Positions 52,711 to 64,000 of a DNA stretch of 64,000 nt are shown here, one piece after another (position 1 is the stretch's first letter; each line of letters opens with the position of its first letter). The notes under the pieces are model-generated. The model made no database searches and was not told where the DNA came from. It saw nothing but the letters and a program-made list of their open reading frames with translations. Both the position numbers and the translations under genes were made by a program. Where the stretch lies: the NCBI RefSeq assembly GCF_009914755.1, contig NC_060927.1. One strand, 5' to 3'. This DNA is from the human T2T-CHM13v2.0 reference genome, Homo sapiens.

Positions 52711-53135
52711 CTTTGATGAGCTTCCAGTTTTTCTAGATAAACCTTTTCTTTTTTACATTGTTCTTGGTTTTGTTTCTCGATCTTTTGTTTGGAGAACAGC
52801 TGGCTAAGGATGACTCTAAGTGTACTGTTTGCATTTCCAATTTGGTTAAAGTATTTGAATTTAAATATTTTCTTTTTAGCTTTGAAAATATTTTGGGTGA
52901 TACTTTCATTTTGCACATCATGCACATCATGGTATTCAGGGGCTAGAGTGATTTTTTTCCAGATTATCTAAAGTTGGATGCCCACACTATGAAAGAAATA
53001 TTTGTTTTATTTGCCTTATAGATATGCTCAAGGTTACTGGGCTTGCTACTATTTGTAACTCCTTGACCATGGAATTATACTTGTTTATCTTGTTGCTGCA
53101 ATGAGAAATAAATGAATGTATGTATTTTGGTGCAG
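52711..53135 (+). other. TMEM45A: TMEM45A 3' UTR (3' end approximate)
   Basis: U-rich sequence between the stop codon and AATAAA. Confidence 0.8.
53107..53112 (+). terminator. TMEM45A polyadenylation signal AATAAA
   Basis: AATAAA followed by CA dinucleotides ~20-25 nt later and a U/GU-rich element (tctttgtttttgtta) at ~53146-53160. Confidence 0.8.
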
Positions 53136-53709
53136 ACACCTGAAATCTTTGTTTTTGTTATTTAGCTACACTCCTCCTTTTTATCATGCAGAAGAAGCTG
53201 CAGGACACAGAAATTCTTTTTTGTGAGACATCTCTATAGTACCTGAGTTCTCCACAGGGAATAGTAGGCCAGAAGTCTTCCTAGGGTGTGTGATCTTTCA
53301 GAGAAGATAAAAGGGATGATCCTTAGGACACATGGTTGCAAAGCCACGAGAGACTGGGAAAGGAGAACTGGGGTGTTGTCCATAAGAGTAAAAAGTCATC
53401 ACACACCATAGCATGGCCACCACAGCATCCCCTCTGTTACAGTAAGTGAAAGGTTAAAACCAGGAAAAGCCTTTTATGGAATGCTTGGGTAAAAAGTCAG
53501 AACTCTTACCTAGTCTGTGCCCTAAGTAGCCCCCCAGTGGAGAGTCAAGAAATCTTGTTTCTGATTCTGGCTCTACCATTAACCAGCTTTAGGTCTCTGG
53601 CAATCACCATGTCCTTCTCTCTAAAGTAAGGAATTGAATTGAATGAACCATGGGGCTCTTCTGGTTGTCACATTTTAAGAATCTAGAAATGGAAGCATAT
53701 GGAAAGCTA

Positions 53710-53780
53710 TTAGGTTGGTGCAAAAGTAGTTGTGGTTATTGCCATTGCAAAGCAATGTCTTTTCTTCAATGTCAACCTAA
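53710..53780. mobile_element. MADE1 mariner MITE (degenerate)
   Basis: TA-ttaggttggtgcaaaagta ... caacctaa-TA. Confidence 0.75.
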
Positions 53781-55128
53781 TAATTTAGTACAATGTTAGT
53801 CACAAAGACCAGTATTTTCTATGAGAGAAAAGGAAGGAGGATTGCACGAATCCTTGAGGGATGACCCAAACCTGGAGGAAAGGAGGCAGCCCTGTGCACA
53901 GCTAGAGCTGAAATGTGGTCAACTAAGTCCTGAAGGCTCCCTAGCTTTCCAGAAGCACTGGCAAGTCTAGAAGGCTGCCTAGTCTCATATGTGTCACAGT
54001 GACATTGAAGAGTCAGGTGAGTAGATTCTTCAGGCCCCAGAACTGGACACATTCATTTTGTCACATAAGTTTGAAAAGAGCAGGTGTGAGTGCCTAAAGG
54101 TTTATCTTGAATAATGCCATGAACCTTAGGACGTTTCTGGCATATGAAAATGCCCACATGCCACAGTCCTTGGGGGTCATGGCATTCTGTCCCATATATG
54201 TCTTATCTCTCGGGGCTGTTTGCTAGACCCACAAAATTCTATGATTTTGACAAGTTTGGGTTTCAAAGGAGTGAGTGAGTGAGCGATCAGCAGCAGTTAC
54301 ATGAAGCTGGCATCACTGGTATATAGGCCTGAGCAGAAACACTGGGAATAATTAGCATGAACCAGATTAAGCCTGGAATTTTGAAAACTGATAAGTGCAA
54401 ATAGTCTACAGTCTTTGTGAGAGAGCAGAAATTTCCACTCCTCTAGTCTGCACACAGATTACAAGTAAAATCAACTCAGCAAGTTCTCAAAGGAGGAATA
54501 TTTGGTTCAGGTCTAAGTCTAAACTCCAGGGCTATCTGCCTCTAGTTCCTGAAATGAGCAATACATTGGAACACTATCATGACAACTTTATGGTTACATT
54601 ATTGGGTTTGTAATTTGTGACTAACATTTTTATGGAATGATGTGAAAAATTAACAAACTGTGAACTTGAGCCAAAAATGAGACAGTCATATTTTCTTGTG
54701 CTAGGAAATCTTAGATCAATAAGTACAATTTTTAAAGGTTTTGATTTATAAAAAAGTATGTTTCAGTAAATGTTCTGAAACCATGAAAAATATTTTATAA
54801 TAAAAATATAAAAAGTTTTCAACTCTAGATCATGGGATGAGAAAAATTAGTTTCAGGCTATACTTAACCCGTGTGTACCAATGGAATCAATCATCCAATG
54901 AATGTTTATTAAGCAGTTACCATGTGCCAAGCAGTGTTCAATAAACTAGGAATACAGTGGTATTCTACAGCAGTACTTAAGCCAAAGTCCCAGTCTTCAT
55001 CAAGCTTACATTCCCATGGAACATACAGTCAATAACAAAGTCAACAAATAAGTTCTACAGTTTGAGGCAATAATAAGTTATATGAAGAAAAATAAAGCTG
55101 GGAAGGAGTATAAAGAATGGTGGGGTGC

Positions 55129-55559
55129 TGCTATGGTTTACATACGATTTGTTTGTCCCCTTCAAGTCTCATGTTGAAATTTGGTCATCAATGTTTGAGG
55201 TGGGGCCTAGTGGGAGGGGTTTAGGTCATAAGGGTGGATCCCTCATGAACGGCATGGTGCCATCCTCATTAGTTTGCACTCTATCAGTTCCCCAGAGAGT
55301 TTTCCTGAAAGCTGGTGTTGAAAAGGGCCAGGCACCTCCCTTCCCTCTCTTGCTTCCTTTCTCACCATGTGATCTCTGCACACGCCAGCCCCCCTTCCCC
55401 TTCCGCTGTGAGTGGAAGCAGCTTGAGCCCCTCACCAGAAGCTGATGCTGGTGCCATGCTTCTTATACAGCCTGCTGAACAGTGAGCCAAATAAACCTCT
55501 TTTATTATAAATTACCCAGCCGCATGTATTCCTTTATTGCAACGCAACAGGCTAAGACA
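55129..55559 (+). mobile_element. MST (MaLR) LTR
   Basis: tgctatggttt...ctcatgttgaaatt...gagccaaataaacctctt...ctaagaca. Confidence 0.85.
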
Positions 55560-57803
55560 GGTGGGGGAAAGCACCACCTTCCTGAGAGTGGTCCTTTCCT
55601 AGAGGTGCTCCACTAACCACCCGAGGGAAAATAGCCCCTGAACTTCTGCCCATCCCTCTCTATCATTATCAGGCATTATAGTGTTTATATATTTCCAGAG
55701 CCTTTAGCTCTGAAAGGAAAACCTTATCAAAGAAGGGATGGGGATGGAGGTTTACTCCCTTACTTTATATTTGTATTTTGTCTCCATTCTTCCAAAAACC
55801 TAGGATCTCAATTCCTGAGCTTTTGCCAAACTTTGAGTATCCTATGCTTCATTTGTCATAACCAAAGTGGAGAAAACCTTTACATAAATCAATGTTTGAT
55901 TTCTAGTGCAGGTGTTAATGTAGGAAAGACTCAAGGACATTTTATAAAGCAGACAGAACCCTGTGGATGGAAAGCCTCTGTGGCTGTATAATAGGAAAGT
56001 GAAGGGTGGGGACAGATTATTAAGCAATATCAACTTTGGCTGTTGATGTGATACCAACTCCTTAGTGATTTCTGTAATTCTCCAATCTCCTTTGCTTGGG
56101 AATCTGCAACCTCTGATTGCACTAACTTCCAGCTCATTGTTGAAATGGGAGGCTTGGTTATGGTACACTCCTCATCGTTTCGTTTCTAGAGAATCTCATT
56201 AATCAAGGTTGATTAATTGTATCTTGGTTGTGGATTGATAAGGTGCAGCAAGAGTCAATGGATGCTATGGGAACAATAAAAATAAAAGCTGAGAACTGGG
56301 AAATTCTCCCAAAATACAAGCAAATGATAGATTAAAAGTATGAAAGAAAAGTTAATACACCTGAAGAATATATCCAGAAATTCTATATTCTGTTTCATAT
56401 GCATTCCAGGTAGAGAAAATTGAGAGAATAGAGGATAGGCATGAAATAATATAAGAGAATATCCCTTAATGGCAAGGAAGAGAGATTTTTGCTTTAAGCT
56501 TGGAAGGGTGTTTCGAGAGATTTGCAGTGGATAGTGTGGATTTCTGGTAATAAAAATTTAAAAGCTTAATTATGTCTTATACTTTTAAATTCAATTTGTG
56601 AATATTGTTATTCTAAGTCTAGCAAATTTTAACACTCATTTTTAAGGAGTCTTTAATGTTTGAATATAATCTTAAATAATTAGATTTCCCTTTAAGCATT
56701 TCATATTATTTTTTTTGTGGGAGACTGGAGTTTTATTATTACTCGTATCAGTCTCCCCGAGTATTCAGGGATCAGAGTTTTTAAGGACAACTTGGTGGGC
56801 GAGGAGAAGCCACCAAGGAGTGCTGATTGGTCAGGTCAGAGGTGAAATCATAGGGAGTTGAAGCTGTCTTCTTGCACTGAGTCAGTTCCCAGATTGGGAT
56901 CAGATGAGCCAGTATATCAATGTGGGTGGTGCCAGCTGATCCATCAACTGCAGGGTCTGCAAAATATCTCAAGCACTGGTCTTAGGCTTTACAATAGTGA
57001 TTTTTACCCCCAGGAGCAATTTGGGGAGGGTCAGAATTTTGTAGCCTCTAGCTACATGACTCCTAAAACATAATTTCTAATTTTGTGGCTAATTTCTTAG
57101 TCCTATAAAAGCAGTCTAGTCCCCAGGCAAGAAGGGGGTTTGTTTTGGGAAAGGGCTGTTATCATCTTTGTTTCAACCTATAAACTACAAGTTCCTCCCA
57201 AAGTTAGTCGGGCCTGCAGCCAGGAATGAACAGCTTGCAGGTTAGAAGCAACTTGGAGTTGGTTATGTCAGATCTCTTTCACTGTCTCAGTTATAATTTT
57301 GCAATGGCAATTTCAATCCCAAAAAACCCTTTGGGTTTTATAACACCTCATCTTAAGGTGTTGGCTAATGAAGATAGAAAAAGGGCAAAGACCATTGTAA
57401 CTTCTTCCTGTTGACCAGGGGCGTGTGGGGGTAGGTGTTGACCCCAAGGTGAAAGGAGTGGAACCACTTTGCAACTGTCAAAGCATACTCATGCAGTCCT
57501 GGCTGAGATTCCAAGGCTTGCATGATAGAGGCATTAGTATTGTCAACTATAGTTTTAGTACCACATTTAAGGAAACAGCATACTATAAGGTAAATAATGA
57601 GTACCAGAACAAGGAATGCAATTCCCAGTTTTAAAAGTAAAGATTTGAAAGCATTAGTTTGGGAACTTGTAGCCTGCCAAGAATTTAGAATTTAGGCCAA
57701 ACTGCTGGAAAAACTCAAGTACAGCTAACAACAGGTATACTATAATTTTTTGAAACATACTTTTTCTCTCTCCAGTCCCTGTTTTTATTAAAAACAAATC
57801 ATG

Positions 57804-58156
<353 letters not shown>

Positions 58157-61100
58157 TTAGTCTTATTATACTTGACCTGATTATTTGCATAAAGTGCAGC
58201 AAGAATACTTATTTTCCACATAGGCTTTTAAAGTTGGCTTTGATGGAACTCTGTTCCATAAGGACTCTCAGAGAAGACTTTTTTAAAGCTGAGCCTAGCC
58301 ATGGGTTTGTACTCTCAAATACTTAGAAGTTGGGTAAATTCCTCTCCTCTTGAGATACCAAGATAACTCGGGGTTTTTGAGCCTGTTAGAAAGTGACATT
58401 CTTTACTTACCACAGGTCAGGAACCCTGTACAGGGACTGCACAGACAGGGTATGAGGCCAGTTTTCCCAAGGGGTAGGTATTGGCTCTACAAGTCAGATT
58501 TGATTCCTTAAAGGAAAGCATACCATTCCAGCCAAGCTTTGGTATACTAACCAGTTTCTCTGATGGTGCTCTGTTGCAAAAGAAAACATTCTTATTGCAC
58601 TTATGCCAATAACTATATTGCCATAAGTTAAGAATACTCACAAATAGTTTCCAAATTCTAGAGAAAGCAGTTAGAGAGAAATACATACGCTCCAAATTTT
58701 GTTTATAGGAGTATACTTTACTCAATTGTTAAAAGCTGTAAATAGCTTAAAAGAAAAGTTTACTTGGCTCTGAAAAACAAAAAGGATCAGCAATGTTTTT
58801 AGCAAAAAGTCAAAAAGGATTACTTCAGTCTTATATTGGTTCAGTCCACGCAGTTAACTTCTGTTCTGCTTCATATTCATGAACATTTCAGCACTCCATG
58901 AGAGTTCTGAAAGTTTTGCTCTATCCTAATGTCACAATCTCCAAAGTTATCAGAAACCTGCATTTAAGAACACCTGTTAGAGTTGTATAGCTGATTATAA
59001 AATCACCATTTAAAGAGGAACAGACCAAAATAATAATTGTCTATAGATGACAAAAAGTGTTAGGGCAGCCACAGTCAAAGACACAATTGACAAGGAAATG
59101 TGTTACCTCTGTAGCACACAATAATTTCACATAACGCAACACTTATAATTATTACTGATACCATAGACTGAGTTATATCAGAATTATAGGAGTTTCACAT
59201 AATTTTGGAACATATACCAATAACACATTTACATAAACATAGCCCAAAGAAAGCCAAACACCATTTCTTATTTGGCAATGCTTACTGTATTATTTTTATA
59301 CCAAATAAGCCAAATATATCACTTTTGGACTTTAGAGGACATAATATCTAAAAGATTAATTATGTCAGAAAAAGATATATTTTATAATTTGGTTTTGGAA
59401 AGTTTGTCAAATATCAAAGGTTTGAAACACTGGATATGACAAAATAGAATCCCAGGTCACTGTAAGTCATTCATTAGCTAAAATGGTAACTCCAAAATTT
59501 TTAAAAATAAAAACCTTTACTCTGATAGGAGATTTAGCTTTCCAAACAACAAGATCCAATGAAGACAGGATGAAGCCAACTGAATCTGTTTGTCCTCTCT
59601 CCCCTCCCTTTTTTTTGGAGTTTACTCAAAAGGCAAACAAAAATCTTTCATTTCCTCTCAATACTACATAAAAATTTTTCAAAAGAGGAAACCAAATTTC
59701 ATGTTTGCATTAGTGCATCTTTAATGCTTAAGCTAGGTTTTAATAAAATTTTATAAATCTATCCAGTTTTAATTAGTTTGACCATAAAGTAAGATTTGCA
59801 TAAACTTTTTAGAGCCCTTTATAATTTTCTGTTAAACAGCAGATTAATTTTCTAAACAAACTCTGCTATTTAGACACATGGGCCCAGCCCTGCATTAGTG
59901 TACTTCTACTTTAACATTCAATCTACAGAAAAAAGTTAAATAATCCCCTTCAAATCCTAGCCAACTTGCTCATGCCCACAGAACTTTCTGCAAAAGATCA
60001 AGCCTTCATAAACCCTTTTCAACTTGCTTAAACCTTCAGTTTTGTCCCATTACTCTTATAGTTTAAGACAATCTTTAAAACCCTCTGAACTAGACAAAAT
60101 TACATTCCCTTTAACAAAAACCATATTCCCATGTCTTCTTTCATCTTTTACCAAAAACACATTCTACTTTCCTTACGTACCTTGTATATAAAACTGTTTC
60201 TCCAGTAGTCTCAACTATGTTAACTCTTAGGAACTTTTATTTTTTACGAGAAACCTGATAAGCAAGCGGTTTTAATTATGTACTAAATGTGGAGCCTAGG
60301 ACATCAGACAGAAGTGCAGACAAGGCCTGACTCCTTCCAGCATAGCTAGGGGGGCATGGCTAATTTCACATGTCCCCAGGCCTTATCTAGAGTCTCTAAT
60401 GGCTCCAAAGTAGGTAAGTCGAACAATTTTCAAAAGTCAAAGAAGCAGTTTATGAACTTAAAGCATTTAGCAAACCTGATATCTGACCTAATTTAGATCA
60501 AATGTCTAAATTTTGAAGACATGTTTATTTTACCAAAAATAATTAAAACTGTCTTTATTTCTGAAAGATTACCAAAGTCACATGAAGAAGAAGGCATTAA
60601 AAAGTTTCTATTTTTCTGACAAAATATTTGATTTAAGTGCTTATTTTTCTAAGCCAATTAGTCAGAACTCTTTTATCTAAACATCACACACCCTACACAT
60701 ATAAATACACAGACAGAAGATCCAGTAGTTGTAAGATTTTTCATTTGCCAGTTTCTTAGTTGGATTACTAGCTTCAGGGTGGAGCCCTTGGAGGAACAGG
60801 CCAGGAAAGCACACAGCTTTTAGGGCCTAATAAGTAGGCACAGATGGAAGGAAAAATATAACCCCCAAATTAAGGGTGCCATTTTTATGCTGCATCCTGG
60901 ATCCCCCCAAAAGAGGGAAATACTACAGGAGAAGACAGTGCAATGCTTCTACTGTGCATTTCATTGCAAAGCAACCCAAAGCCAATCAGCCCATCCCCCA
61001 TGGGAATCTTATCTCTTAGTGGAGGGTGGAGATATTTTCATACCTTCCAGGTAGCCAAGAGCATGCTTCTCTAATCCAAACATCAAAGAGTCAAGCATGC

Positions 61101-61566
61101 CTTCTAACTGCTATTAGCCATCCCTTTAAGTATATTTCCTACCTGGTTATTACACACCAAGGCTAAAAGCTGTCCCATAATGCAATGTAATTTTTGACAC
61201 CCCCCCCCCCCCCAAAAATAGAAAATGTTAGGCAACGTAGTGTAAAACAGAACAGAGCCTTAGATTTTTGAGAAGGGTTTATTCTCTTTCAATTCCTGGG
61301 GTTCCATGAGGAAAACAGAAGTTTTTCCTAGAATGGAGTCTGTGGCACCTCCTCTGTTTTTCCCCAAGAGTCCTAGGCTGTTAGAATTTATCTTAGGTTC
61401 TCTCATGTGGGCATCAAGAGTGGTAAGAAGACAAAATGGAGAAAAACAATTCAGTCAGCTGTGAAGAAAAATAAGATCCAAGAAGAGAAAAAATCATAAA
61501 GGTCTTTTAAATATATTTATAGCTTGGATATCCACTTTTAATGAGCTGATCTTAACCACAGAGCTC

Positions 61567-61862
61567 TGTATTAGTTCATTTTCCTGCTGCTGATAAAGAC
61601 ATACCAGAGATTGGGCAATTTACAAAAGAAAGAGGTTTAACGGACTTACAGTTCCATATGGTTGGGGAGGCCTCACAATCATGGCAGAAGGCAAGGAGGA
61701 GCAAGTCACGTCTTACATGGATGGCGGCAGGCAAAGAAAGAATGAGAGAGAAGCAAAAGCGGAAACCTCTTATAAAACCATCAGATCTCGTGAGACTTAT
61801 TCACTACCACAAGTATGGAATTCAAGATGAGATTTGGGTGGGGACACAGCCAAACCATATCA
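61567..61862 (-). mobile_element. THE1-type MaLR solo LTR (internally deleted) inside the ERV
   Basis: tgtattagt...gctgctgataaagacatacc...cagccaaaccatatca; perfect 5-bp TSD AGCTC. Confidence 0.9.
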
Positions 61863-62493
61863 AGCTCTTTAAAAAAATTTTTTAAAAAATCTCCTATGCA
61901 ACCATAGGCAAAATCTTCTTACTTTTGCAAAATGCTGCCCAATGAGCTGCATGAGAAACTGAATTAACATTTTCCATCCCAGCTGAAGCAAAATACACAT
62001 AGCAAAACAGACACTAATCACCTCGTTCAGCACTCAGTATCCACCTGGCAAGGCTGAAACTTTCTCCCATTGGTCCCTGTTGTCTTTGATTCATTCCAGG
62101 TGGAGAGGGCCTCTGACTGGTAATTCAATGGGTGGTCTCTGGGCAAGACAAAGAGCGGACAGTCTCCCCAAGTCAGGCCTGTTGAACTTTCTTCAGGGCT
62201 CACTAAATGTGACCAGACTTTCCAAGTTAGGCCTGCTGAACTTTCATCAGCAATTCCTTCAGAGATCCCATCCATACATACAAACACACACACAACAAAG
62301 ACAAGACAGAGAGAAGGTCTTCCAAACCAAGATCCCTAACCAAGAATTCCAGGAGTATCCCTTTGAAACTATCCTCCTATTCTCCATCTGAGAAATCTCC
62401 CCGAAATCTTCCTGATTGAGAAGTCTCCTGAACCAAGACTCTTCCTAAGAATTAGGGAGAGCCAACTGAGACCCCTCAGAAGCTGAGAGAAGA

Positions 62494-62822
62494 CAGACAC
62501 CCCACAATGGGGCTACAGACAAACCAGGACCCCTGAAGGAGCGGAACCGAGACAGACACCCCACAAGGGTCCTAGAGACAGACACCCCACTATGGGGCTA
62601 CAGAAAAACTGAAACCCCTGAAGGAGCCAAACCAACTGGGAGAAGGAAAGAGGTGTTGGCAGCACCTAGGATATTTACCAATCCAGACACCCTGTAATGG
62701 GGCTACAGCTATAGATACTCCATGACATGACTGAGCTACAGACAGACACCCTATAATAGGGCTACAGTTACACACACCCCACCATGGAGCTACAGGCAGA
62801 CACCCTGTGATAGAGCTACAGT
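62494..62822. repeat. About 8 imperfect repeats of gacacccc-N3-5-ggggctacag in the ERV leader
   Basis: Units near 62494, 62550, 62576, 62684, 62713, 62740, 62773 and 62798. Confidence 0.85.
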
Positions 62823-63002
62823 TATAGGATGTTTTCCCAGGACTCTTTCTCTATTGCAATTAAATCCACGCACATTGGGTCAGCAGCACCCCTCCAGTAG
62901 AGACAGTACCAGAGTCAGCCCCCAGTCCAAGAGAACTAGGAGGCCTCAGGATCCATTGCAGGAGGCAGACTACTGAACCATGGGTAAGTTGCCACAAGGG
63001 CA

Positions 63003-63020
63003 ATGCTGGACTAGCCCCCA
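63003..63020 (-). promoter_or_regulatory. Primer-binding site, tRNA-Pro
   Basis: Minus strand TGGGGGCTAGTCCAGCAT vs canonical TGGGGGCTCGTCCGGGAT (15/18), 4 nt after the LTR-terminal CA. Confidence 0.88.
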
Positions 63021-63598
63021 AATTTGTAACTACTCAATGGGTTCACCTTGCCTGCTGCCTAGACAGAGCTGATTTATCAAGACAGGGTAATTGTAATAGA
63101 GAAAGAGTAATTCACGCAGAGCCGGCTATGCAGGAGACCAGAGTTTTATTTCTCGTATCAGTCTCCCCTTTAAGCATTTTAAACTGTATTTACGAATTAA
63201 ATATTCTAACATTCTTCTTAAGTACTTCAATTAACTCATGAATCCTCCCAAGTTCTTATGTAATTCTTAGAAATCTAATTTATTAAACTTATAAGTTAAT
63301 TTATTAAACTTATAAATGTGATGAAACTTAAGTTTTCTTAAATATTCAAATACTGGGTATAAACTTAATGAGATTTCATAAAATCACAGGCCTAAGTTTG
63401 TTACTGAATTGCACATTGATAAATTGGGTTTATAAAACTAATCTGAATAGAAAAAAATCATTTTGAAAATTACAAATACCTAAAATGGTAAACATACAAA
63501 ATTCCTTAACAGAAAATATCAGCATTGTGGTCTTGATTCTCTTAAACATTTCTGTATTTAATTCTAAGTCTTTCTCTGTTAAAACAGCCTTGCTTTAA

Positions 63599-63957
<359 letters not shown>

Positions 63958-64000
63958 CTAGGCAGCTGGTGAGTTATTAGACCCAGGGGTACTGAATGGG

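Noticed and set aside
62494-62822. CRISPR-like repeat-spacer appearance
   Set aside because: Human DNA with irregular spacing inside an ERV leader.

Overview
Human (primate) genomic DNA, AT-rich and repeat-dense. It contains all five coding exons and the 3' UTR of TMEM45A on the + strand (CDS 30905-52710, 828 nt, 275 aa). The promoter and non-coding first exon are not recognisable here and probably lie upstream. The rest is interspersed repeats (Alu, L1, MaLR/ERVL LTRs, hAT/Tigger/MADE1 DNA transposons). The most notable structures are retrotransposition products. (1) A ~6.5 kb LTR8/HUERS-P1-type endogenous retrovirus at 56.7-63.2 kb has the form of a processed RNA (R-U5...U3-R-polyA, 14-bp TSD, TTTT/AA site), so it appears to have been mobilised by L1 machinery rather than integrase. 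(2) A twin-primed L1PA in the last TMEM45A intron appears to carry two stacked 3' transductions. (3) There are two further 5'-inverted L1s and a ~240 bp locally templated inverted duplication. Repeat subfamily names come from recalled consensus motifs, not a database search.
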